From: an uncultured archaeon
Lineage (GTDB): Archaea > Altiarchaeota > Altiarchaeia > JAFGQM01
Length of the DNA: 29,093 nt
Direction: 5' to 3'
NCBI GenBank assembly: GCA_964592405.1
Contig: CAZQBY010000009.1
Coordinates: 20,087 to 49,179, forward strand
The notes beneath the pieces were generated by a model that searched no databases, was not told the origin of the DNA, and was given only the letters and a program-made list of their open reading frames with translations. The stretch's first letter is position 1, and each line of letters starts with the position of its first letter. A program made the position numbers and the translations under genes. Below, in pieces: positions 1 to 8,410 of the stretch.

Positions 1-8
1 GTATGTGG

Positions 9-752
9 ATGGACTTCAGACTGCTTGACACCGGAAAGGGCCCTGCGGCCATGAACATGGCCATAGACGAGGCCCTCATGCTCAGCGGCAAGCCCGCCCT
101 GCGGTTCTACGGCTGGGAGCCGCCTGCTGTGAGCATAGGCTATTTCCAGGGGATAGAGCAGGAGGTCGACCCCGGAAAGTGCGCGCAACTGGGGGTGGAC
201 GTGGTGCGCAGGCTGACCGGCGGAGGAGCAGTATATCACGACCAAGAGCTTACCTACAGCTTTGTAGCGCCAGAGGAAGGGCCCATCGCACGCAACATAC
301 TAGAATCCTACCGGCAGATATGCGCACCAATTGTAAGGGGGCTGAAAAACCTTGGCCTTGTGGCAAAGTTCAAACCCATAAACGATATAATTGTCAATGG
401 TAGGAAGATCTCCGGAAATGCCCAGACGCGCAGGAAGGGCATGATCCTGCAGCATGGCACGATACTCCTGGATGTCAATATCAGGAGGATGTTTTCTCTG
501 CTGAAGGTCCCGAATGAGAAGATTAGGGATAAGATGATATCTGCAGCTGAGGATAGGGTAACATCGGTCAGCAGGGAGCTGAGTGCTGCAATATCCCGCG
601 ATGCAGTCAAAGAAGCCCTAGTAGAGGCATTCAGGCAAGAGTCGTATGTCCGAGGGTTGGAGCCGGAAGCGCTTTCTACAGAGGAGCTAAAGAATGCCAG
701 GAAACTGGCCGAAACAAAGTATTCGACCGAAGAATGGAACTTCATGAGGTAG
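9..752 (+). CDS. lplA: Lipoate-protein ligase A, catalytic (N-terminal) subunit
   Basis: NMAIDEAL, VSIGYFQ, VRRLTGGGAVYHD, NDIIVNGRKISGNAQ and LQHGTIL are BPL/LplA/LipB-family motifs. Start is ATG at 3 or 9. Confidence 0.92.
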   Translation: MDFRLLDTGKGPAAMNMAIDEALMLSGKPALRFYGWEPPAVSIGYFQGIEQEVDPGKCAQLGVDVVRRLTGGGAVYHDQELTYSFVAPEEGPIARNILESYRQICAPIVRGLKNLGLVAKFKPINDIIVNGRKISGNAQTRRKGMILQHGTILLDVNIRRMFSLLKVPNEKIRDKMISAAEDRVTSVSRELSAAISRDAVKEALVEAFRQESYVRGLEPEALSTEELKNARKLAETKYSTEEWNFMR

Positions 753-1018
753 ATTGTAAGGTCCCGGGTGGGAAGCTCATACGCCTGCGAGCGCAGATAG
801 AGGACAGCAGGATTAAGGAGATTAGAATCACAGGCGACTTCTTCCTCCACCCAGAGGAGCGGATAGGCGAGCTGGAGACGGCGCTCGCCGGAAAAAAGCT
901 GGAGCGGGTTACACTACAAAAGACTGTAGAACAAGCCCTCTCGGATTGCGAGATTGTAGGCTTCTCAGAGAGCGACATGGTCAACGCCCTGATGCGCCTT
1001 CAGAGCGACTCCCCGTAG
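734..1018 (+). CDS. lplB: Lipoate-protein ligase C-terminal domain protein (LplB-like accessory subunit)
   Basis: KVPGGKLIR...IKEIRITGDFFLHPEERIGELETALAG is typical of the LplA C-terminal domain. Overlaps the end of lplA. Confidence 0.85.
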   Translation: MELHEVDCKVPGGKLIRLRAQIEDSRIKEIRITGDFFLHPEERIGELETALAGKKLERVTLQKTVEQALSDCEIVGFSESDMVNALMRLQSDSP

Positions 1019-2172
1019 ATGCGCATTATGTCCTCCCGATTCGGCTGGATGGGGTTGCAGCTTATGGCGCCCATGCCCAGTTCCAGGGAGTAATCTGTAA
1101 GCCTCTCTATTGAGCTTTCAGCAACACCACAGTCCCCCAAGCCCTTTCGCATATCTATGGCCTTCTGGATGCGCACCACAGCCTCCACGGACTTCATGGC
1201 ATTTGTCCTGTCTATGCGCGTGATGTCTTCTCCCAAGGCCCTCGCAATGTCGCAGTATTTTGAGACCGTCTTATCATCCCCACTCTCAATGTTATAGCGC
1301 ATTATCGGCGGCGTGAGGCAGGCCAGCGCCTGCCCGTGGGCAATGTCTGGATATAAGCCGGATACCGTATTCCCCATGCCATGAACCAACACAGTGCGGG
1401 AGGATGTTATACATATGCCGGCGTAGGTATCTGCCAGCGCCATGGCCCGCCGGGAGTCTAGATCCGGAGCAGTATATGCGCGTATCAGATTTTGTGCTAT
1501 CAGCTCCATTGCGCGCAGGCAGAGAACATCACTCAGTGGGTTTGCCCTTTTTGAAACATACGCTTCCATGACGTGCGCAAGTGCATCAAACCCAGTCTCG
1601 GCCGTTAGTTTCGGTGGCATGGTGGAGACAATATCCAAGTCGACGATAGATTCTATCGGGAAGATATGCCTTGAGCTGTATGCCGCTTTTTCTCCCGTCT
1701 TCTCATTTGTGATGACTGTGTACCATGTCACATGCGAGCCTGTCCCGCTCGTAGAGGGGACGGCAACTATAGGAAGTGTTCTTTCAGTTGTTTCCTTTCT
1801 GCAGCGTATGTATGGCCAGATATCGCTGTCCTCATGGCCTATGCCGACTGCCATCGCTTTTGCCGCATCTATGGAAGAGCCTCCGCCCAAGGCGACCACC
1901 ACATCACATCCGCTCTTTAGGCCAGCAGTTATGCCCTTTTGAACAGTGGCCACAGTCGGATTTGGCTCTACGCCTTCCAAGATTTTGACCCTCAATCCGG
2001 CCTTTTCCAAACTCTCCCGAGCCTTCTGCAGGAAGCCATGCCTGCGCATAGATGCGCGGCCCGTTACCAGGAGGACACTGTCCCCGTGTTTTTCCGCCCG
2101 CATGCCCAGCTCTAGAAGGGTCTTCTGTCCGAACAGCAGATTTGTTTCAGGAATGGTAAAAGAGAAGTCCAT
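1000..2172 (-). CDS. Iron-containing alcohol dehydrogenase family protein
   Basis: GVEPNPT, ALGGGSSIDAAK, VPSTSGTGS, GFDALAHVMEAY and metal-ligand His motifs (VHGMG, IAHGQA). Substrate not assignable. Confidence 0.9.
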   Translation of the reverse strand: MDFSFTIPETNLLFGQKTLLELGMRAEKHGDSVLLVTGRASMRRHGFLQKARESLEKAGLRVKILEGVEPNPTVATVQKGITAGLKSGCDVVVALGGGSSIDAAKAMAVGIGHEDSDIWPYIRCRKETTERTLPIVAVPSTSGTGSHVTWYTVITNEKTGEKAAYSSRHIFPIESIVDLDIVSTMPPKLTAETGFDALAHVMEAYVSKRANPLSDVLCLRAMELIAQNLIRAYTAPDLDSRRAMALADTYAGICITSSRTVLVHGMGNTVSGLYPDIAHGQALACLTPPIMRYNIESGDDKTVSKYCDIARALGEDITRIDRTNAMKSVEAVVRIQKAIDMRKGLGDCGVAESSIERLTDYSLELGMGAISCNPIQPNREDIMRIYGESL

Positions 2173-2222
2173 ATTGTAATATTGATTAGGGAAGAATGTT
2201 TAAAAGATTGCGCTTTTTGCAA

Positions 2223-2263
2223 GATTGTAGTTTGATTGTAGTTTGTTAATAGGATTTTAGTTT
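2223..2263. repeat. GATTGTAGTTT direct repeats (2223-2233, 2234-2244; one-mismatch copy 2253-2263) in divergent promoter region
   Basis: Read directly from the sequence, in the AT-rich spacer between the ADH gene and the giant adhesin gene. Confidence 0.6.
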
Positions 2264-2341
2264 AAAATTTTTTAAATGTTTTTAAATCATGTTTCATAAC
2301 CATAACGTCGCGGGAGGTTTCTAGAGGGCTTGACAGCAGTG

Positions 2342-5300
2342 ATGAAATTGGGATACCCTCTGGCAGGAATTAGCATTATAATATTGGTCTTAGGTTTCAC
2401 ATACGCCATAAGCGCAAATACCACAGACAACATCGCCCTCAACACTGATAAGACAAACTATACGCTGGGTGAGACTGTCAATATAAGTCTTACAGCTCCG
2501 GACAATACATCCGCTTCACTGTATCTGCTTCCGCCATCCGGAGATGTCCTCTTTCTGTTGAACAACAAGACAGGTTCATTCTCAACCCTCTACACCCCCC
2601 GGGAGGTCGGCAACTACACCACTGTCTGTGAAGTCCTGAACCTCTCTGCGACACTGAACGCCGACTTCACGGTAACAGGACCGCTCCCGGGGGGGTCAGG
2701 GGGCAACCTGACGAATGTTATGGATGAGGAAAAAGCGCCCGCAGTCAACATCTCCGAGACTCCTTTTTCCAATGGGAGCAGCAGGGAGCCGGCTAACAGG
2801 ACAGATGTCCTGACAGCCAATAGAACAATCGCATCCAACAAGACTGGTTATGAACCTGCCGACAATAGAGACATTCCATCCAACAGAATACCAGAGGTTG
2901 CGCCCTCTGATGCCTCTTTGTTCATAGAAAACAGGACCTATGCACCGGGGGATGAAGTGGTCATACAGCTTTATATACCTGAAAATCTCAGCCCATCTCT
3001 GACGCTGATTACCCCGGATGGAGATGCCCTCTCACTGATGCTCAATGAAACAGGTGTGGTCTGGAAGAGATACACGCCGAGGGAGCCGGGGCATTATAAC
3101 GTCTTTTACAGGATAGCAAAGATCGGAGTGGACCTGAAGGACGCATTTACAGTAATTAATATGACTCTCCCAGAGAATGCTTCAGAGAAGAGTAATGAGA
3201 CTGGGGAAGAAGGTGTTGCATCCAACCGGACAATTCCGTCCAACAGAACAGCGCCATCCTACAATATCACCACCAGTATCACAATCCCCAATGCCTCCAA
3301 TATCACAATTCAAACTGATAAAAGGGAATATCATCCATGGGAAGAAGCCGAAATACGGCTGGAGCTTCTCTCAAACCAGTCATGCCAGTTGGAAGTCATA
3401 ACCCCCTCCGGGGAAGCACTAGTACTCATATCGGCTCATGCCGGTGTATTCTCGGCCCAATACCGCCCGCAGGAGAAAGGAACATATACCGTCACCTGCA
3501 AGCCGCTGAATCTCTCAACAAGATTTACGGTCCTAGAGCCTGTCTTCCATGTCGGCTCATGGCAGGAGGCCAGACTCACGGCAGGAGCAGGCGGGCAGGT
3601 GGCCGCAAAAATACACCGAATCTCGGCAGGCCGTTTGGAGGTTTTCCCAAAATCCACTCCAATTAAAAAAATTGAATTTGACAGCATAAACCTCACCCAA
3701 AGGTTTGATCTTGGTCTGGATGAGATACCCCCGGGGGCGGTTAGCGAACATGATTTCATCCGGGTGTATGCCATAGATCCAAGCAGGCTGGAGTTCGCCT
3801 ATGCCAACGTTACCGTAACCGCCACAGGCACAGAGCTCTACAAGTGCAAAGACTGGGACTTCACCAGCCAGAAATGCCTTGGCGAATGGGAGCTCTTCAA
3901 GAGGGATCTTGTTCCCGGTCAGAACTACACCTTCCAGCTCACTAAGGAGGATCCGGGCTTTGGCGAGAGCATAACGATAATCGACATCCAGAGCTACCCT
4001 ACGGTGGGTGGCAACTGGACTGTTAGGTTCACCACCAACGGAACGGCGAACCTGACGATTACGGCAGTGAACGGGACTACCTGGAGCGACTCCGACGAGG
4101 ACGAGGATTTGAGGTTCCTGGAGGTGAAGTGCGGAGAGGATGTCCTAAGTTATGATTGGGTAGGCAATTCCATCTTCATCGCCGATTATTCCTGCAATGA
4201 GACGGGTTATGAGGTGAGCAGGGTACTGACATCCGGCAAGCACACGCTGGAGTTCAGGTTCGGCGACCAGACGAAGTATGCGCACAATTATGCCGGGTAT
4301 GAGGGCGACAACGTGACCCTCATCTACGCCACCACCTTCGGGCAGGACGTGGAGACCCCGACACCGCTGAACCTGAGCGCGGAGATGCGCAAGGACTCCG
4401 GCTTCACGCACAGCACGACCGTGAACCCGGAGAGGCTCTACGTGAACGTGGCCGGATGGTATAAGGTCTCTTATGGATGCCACTTCACGCAGCAGTCGAC
4501 GGGAACTAACCACCGGCTTATAGTGGAGACCTGGGTTGAGAACACAGGGACGGAGATAGTGCCCAGCAGGACCTCCTGTTACATAAGGGACAGTGAGTCG
4601 GACAGGAACAGGTGCTCCAACAAGGGTACGTTCATAGTCAGTCTGAACGATGGGGACTACCTAGAGCTGTGGGCGAATAAGACGAAGGGTACCGGGACCA
4701 ACCCGGCCACGACGGAGTCCTGCTACATGTACGTCCAGATGGTGAACAACGATGTCGCCCAGATGTACGACGCAGACGGTGAGGATGACTTCCACGAGAC
4801 GAATGAGATAACAGTCAGCATCGACACGACGACCTTCGCGGATTCGGACTTCGCAGCCGACACGGACGAGTATGCGTTGAACGTGACCTCGGGAGGGTGG
4901 TACAAGATATACTACCACACCTGCTCCCACAACTATTTGACTACCAACAGGAACAGCGTTCAGACGTACATAAGGAGGAACGGGACCAAACTAGAGCCGA
5001 GCGATGTCTTCTCATACCTGAGGAACGAGGATGCCGACGGGACCCCCGGAGACCGAAACTGTGAGGCCGGATACCTGCTGTACAACCTGTCCGCCGGAGA
5101 TTCCATCGACATGAGGCACACCAAAATCGGCTGGGAGACCGCCTCCCAAAACTCCAGGACGCTGCCCGGCCAGAGCTGGCTGCTGATGGAGAAGATAAAC
5201 CACAGCGACGTCTTCATGGCCTACGATGAGGACATCCACACCGGGACGACCATGATAAACCTCACCACAAACTACCATGTGGGGAGCTCCTACAGCCACA

Positions 5301-8284
5301 GCGACAACGCCTCAAGGATTTACATAAACCGGGACGGTTGGTACGAGGTGTCCTACACAATGGGCTACAATGAGACAACAGGCAGCAACAATCGCAACAT
5401 CCTCTGCGGCGGCCTGTACAAGAATGGGGTAGTTTACTACCCGTCATGGCAGTGCCACTACTCTAAATTCCAGGGCGGGGGCCAGTATGCGACAATAAGC
5501 GCCAACGTGATTATGAACATCATGAGCGGCGAATACATCGAGCTCCAGTTCGCCCCAGAGGAGGCCACCGGGACGACAGTCAGGAACGCCACCTGGGTGA
5601 CGATAATCCCACTGGACACGCAAGACCTCACGCCGCCCACACTAAACTGGGACTGGGCGGACATAAACTCCACAACCAGCTACAACTCCACAACCATCTG
5701 CGTCAGCCTGTCGGAAACCAGCAACTGCACCCTGCACTTCAACGGCACGGACTATGTGAATACCACCACAGGAACACATATCTGCTGGAACCAGACAAAC
5801 AAGCCCAACGGCAATTACTCAAGCATCAACGCGACCTGCGAGGACGCAGCTGGCAACGGCGCCAACACCACCACGGCGTGGTGGAACGTGAGTTTCAATT
5901 CCCTTGACACCACGCCCCCAAAGATAACCTGGACCTGGTCGGACATAAACTCGACATCCACCACTACCCGAACCACCAATGTTACGCTGACTGTGGATGA
6001 AACTGTGCCGGAATGCAATCTGACGGTCAACGGCACTGTATATCTCATGAACTATGCGGGGAATAATGTCTGGTGGCAGAACCTGACCAACTTTGCCAAC
6101 GGCAACTACACCGTGTGGGCCAACTGTTCTGATGCAGCTGGCAATCTCGGAAACTCGACAATCGCATGGTGGAATGTGAGCTTCTTCCAGGCGCCGCGGT
6201 GGTCGAACAATGAAACCAATGCCACCACCAATGTCACTCACTATGGCAACACTGTATATTTCAATGTCACACTGAGCGACGATTGGGAGGGCAATTACTC
6301 GATATTCTACTTCTACAACGGGACGGACTGGAACAGCGACCCGCCACAGGCATGGACAACACCACAGGAGCTTCAGAGAATCATACAGATAAATGCGACG
6401 AGGGGCGCACTAATCAAATGGTACTGGTGGTTCAACGACTCGCACGGCATTTCCAACCAGACCGATGTCTGGAACTTCACAGTCGGCAACAGCCCGCCGA
6501 CGCAGGGGACACCCATACTCAACTCCAGCTGGGATACCAACTACACCTATGAGAACCTGACCTGTTACAACCAGAGCACGGCTGATGCTGATGGAGACTC
6601 GGTCAAAAACATTTATAACTGGACTGTAGATGGAGCCTCCATCTTCCTGACGCTGGCACCCTTTGAGGGTGGTTCCAATGACACTTGGACCAGAGACTAT
6701 TCGGGGGCGCTCGGCTATAACCTGACAGCATCCGCCACATGGAACAAGACAGGCGGTTATGACGGCAGGGGAGCATATGAATTTAACGGTATTGATGAGT
6801 ATATAGATTTGGATGAAGACGGTGCTAGCCCTGTCTATGATGCGGCCTTCAACACAAGGACGGTGGCGCTTTGGTTCAAGGCAGATTCTGTGGCAGGAGC
6901 AACCTACAGGATGCTCTATGAAGAGGGGGGTAGCGTGAACGGTATGAACATCTACATCTATGACGGCAGGATATATGCGGGCGCCTGGAGCGAGGGCGAC
7001 GGCTGGCAGGGCAACTGGAGCAGCTTTCCGGTTACAGCTGATGAATGGCATTTTGCGGCGCTGATCTTTGATGGTCCGGGAGGCAGTGTTTCCCTGTTCT
7101 ATGATGGGCACCTAAACACAAGTAACAGCTATAGCACCCAAGTTGCGGGCCACAGCGGCGACGATGGCATAGGCTGGATGGATGGTTCCTCCAAGGGGCA
7201 TCTTGGGGACTTGAGCGGGGGCGGGAACTACTTCAACGGGACAATAGACGAGTTCATGGCATTTGGCCGGGCCCTTAGCAATGAGCAGCTGAATGCGACA
7301 TACTGGAGCCGGACCAATACTATAGTCGCTCAAGAGACTGCCGTGGGCGAGACATGGCAGTGTAGTATAATCCCAAATGACCTCTACGACGACGGAGAGG
7401 GCATAGCCTCAAATACCCTCTTGGTCCTGCAGGACAACAAACCCCCAAACCTGGACTGGAACTGGTCTGATATAAACTCCACAATCAATGTAACCTCAAC
7501 CACTGTTTGCGTCAACGCATCAGAAAGGGTGAACTGCACCCTCCACTTTGCAGGATCGACATATACAAACACAACCAAAGGGACAAACATCTGCTGGACC
7601 ATAACAGGCCTGAGCAAGGGCAACTACACGCCCGTCAATGCAACATGCGAGGATCTAGGAAGCAACAAGGCGAATACAACCAACGCTTGGGTCTATGTGA
7701 GGCCGGATATGTGGCATGTCTTCTGCGGCAACGTCAGTGGGAGGCTCTACCTGCGGAACTTTTCGATAATGTATAACTGGACATGGGATGGGGATAGTAA
7801 AGGGGATGGCAATGTCTATGCATATGCGAGCGGCGCAGATATAGACTGGGAGAGTCTAGTAGCCCTTGGCAGGACCACTCTGGGCGGACCAGCCAGCGAT
7901 GATTTTGAGGAAGTAGACACTGTCCTTGGAACCGCAAGCTACGTCAATGACACAAACCGGACCTTCAGCACGGACGGGAGCACACCAAAGAACACCACAA
8001 CCTTTGTGGTCAAGACACGAACTATAAGCAATGTCCCCATAGTCAACTCCACGGATACGTGGGCGTTTGTTACCGGGATACTCTGGGATTCATCTGATAC
8101 AGTGGGCGACAACGAGTTTGATGCCTTGGACAACGAAGATCTGGTGTTCGTAACGAAGATAAATGTGACGGCCTCCAGTTCCTGCTCACCGGGGGCAAAG
8201 TATGAGATACGCCTCCCGGACACGCTCGACACCTACAAGGGAGGCTCCGGCAGGGTCAATTTTCAGGCTGAAATCTCGCTATAG
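2342..8284 (+). CDS. Giant secreted multidomain surface protein/adhesin (3x MG2/Ig-like, 3x C1q/TNF-like, Ig-like repeats, LamG, C-terminal putative pilin-like domain)
   Basis: Signal peptide MKLGYPLAGISIIILVLGFTYAISA, very many N-x-S/T sequons, LamG motifs (YEFNGIDEYI, TVALWFK, WHFAALIFDG, FNGTIDEFMAFGRALS), internal repeats, no C-terminal TM. Start may be TTG 2330 or ATG 2342. Confidence 0.85.
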   Translation: MKLGYPLAGISIIILVLGFTYAISANTTDNIALNTDKTNYTLGETVNISLTAPDNTSASLYLLPPSGDVLFLLNNKTGSFSTLYTPREVGNYTTVCEVLNLSATLNADFTVTGPLPGGSGGNLTNVMDEEKAPAVNISETPFSNGSSREPANRTDVLTANRTIASNKTGYEPADNRDIPSNRIPEVAPSDASLFIENRTYAPGDEVVIQLYIPENLSPSLTLITPDGDALSLMLNETGVVWKRYTPREPGHYNVFYRIAKIGVDLKDAFTVINMTLPENASEKSNETGEEGVASNRTIPSNRTAPSYNITTSITIPNASNITIQTDKREYHPWEEAEIRLELLSNQSCQLEVITPSGEALVLISAHAGVFSAQYRPQEKGTYTVTCKPLNLSTRFTVLEPVFHVGSWQEARLTAGAGGQVAAKIHRISAGRLEVFPKSTPIKKIEFDSINLTQRFDLGLDEIPPGAVSEHDFIRVYAIDPSRLEFAYANVTVTATGTELYKCKDWDFTSQKCLGEWELFKRDLVPGQNYTFQLTKEDPGFGESITIIDIQSYPTVGGNWTVRFTTNGTANLTITAVNGTTWSDSDEDEDLRFLEVKCGEDVLSYDWVGNSIFIADYSCNETGYEVSRVLTSGKHTLEFRFGDQTKYAHNYAGYEGDNVTLIYATTFGQDVETPTPLNLSAEMRKDSGFTHSTTVNPERLYVNVAGWYKVSYGCHFTQQSTGTNHRLIVETWVENTGTEIVPSRTSCYIRDSESDRNRCSNKGTFIVSLNDGDYLELWANKTKGTGTNPATTESCYMYVQMVNNDVAQMYDADGEDDFHETNEITVSIDTTTFADSDFAADTDEYALNVTSGGWYKIYYHTCSHNYLTTNRNSVQTYIRRNGTKLEPSDVFSYLRNEDADGTPGDRNCEAGYLLYNLSAGDSIDMRHTKIGWETASQNSRTLPGQSWLLMEKINHSDVFMAYDEDIHTGTTMINLTTNYHVGSSYSHSDNASRIYINRDGWYEVSYTMGYNETTGSNNRNILCGGLYKNGVVYYPSWQCHYSKFQGGGQYATISANVIMNIMSGEYIELQFAPEEATGTTVRNATWVTIIPLDTQDLTPPTLNWDWADINSTTSYNSTTICVSLSETSNCTLHFNGTDYVNTTTGTHICWNQTNKPNGNYSSINATCEDAAGNGANTTTAWWNVSFNSLDTTPPKITWTWSDINSTSTTTRTTNVTLTVDETVPECNLTVNGTVYLMNYAGNNVWWQNLTNFANGNYTVWANCSDAAGNLGNSTIAWWNVSFFQAPRWSNNETNATTNVTHYGNTVYFNVTLSDDWEGNYSIFYFYNGTDWNSDPPQAWTTPQELQRIIQINATRGALIKWYWWFNDSHGISNQTDVWNFTVGNSPPTQGTPILNSSWDTNYTYENLTCYNQSTADADGDSVKNIYNWTVDGASIFLTLAPFEGGSNDTWTRDYSGALGYNLTASATWNKTGGYDGRGAYEFNGIDEYIDLDEDGASPVYDAAFNTRTVALWFKADSVAGATYRMLYEEGGSVNGMNIYIYDGRIYAGAWSEGDGWQGNWSSFPVTADEWHFAALIFDGPGGSVSLFYDGHLNTSNSYSTQVAGHSGDDGIGWMDGSSKGHLGDLSGGGNYFNGTIDEFMAFGRALSNEQLNATYWSRTNTIVAQETAVGETWQCSIIPNDLYDDGEGIASNTLLVLQDNKPPNLDWNWSDINSTINVTSTTVCVNASERVNCTLHFAGSTYTNTTKGTNICWTITGLSKGNYTPVNATCEDLGSNKANTTNAWVYVRPDMWHVFCGNVSGRLYLRNFSIMYNWTWDGDSKGDGNVYAYASGADIDWESLVALGRTTLGGPASDDFEEVDTVLGTASYVNDTNRTFSTDGSTPKNTTTFVVKTRTISNVPIVNSTDTWAFVTGILWDSSDTVGDNEFDALDNEDLVFVTKINVTASSSCSPGAKYEIRLPDTLDTYKGGSGRVNFQAEISL

Positions 8285-8316
8285 TTATGGGACTGAAGGT
8301 TTATGGGGCTGAAAGT
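8285..8316. repeat. Imperfect 16-bp tandem duplication (ttatgggactgaaggt / ttatggggctgaaagt)
   Basis: Two adjacent copies with 2 mismatches immediately after the adhesin stop codon. Confidence 0.6.
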
Positions 8317-8330
8317 TAAAAGTTTAAACC

Positions 8331-8356
8331 AAGCATTTATATAGATGCTTATATAA
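8331..8356 (+). promoter_or_regulatory. Putative archaeal promoter: TATA box (TTTATATA) inside a 20-bp near-perfect palindrome, second TATA-like element TTATATAA
   Basis: aagcatttatatagatgctt (8331-8350) is self-complementary except for one pair. It lies 55-80 bp upstream of the ATG at 8411. Confidence 0.55.
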
Positions 8357-8410
8357 AATCCAGTAGTAAATACACATTCATAAATCAAACAAAACTAAAA
8401 AGCCCAAAAA

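Noticed and set aside
4145-8232. Many minus-strand ORFs inside the adhesin gene (e.g. 6410..7111)
   Set aside because: These are shadow ORFs opposite a well-supported gene, favoured by GC-rich codon use, with no recognisable motifs.
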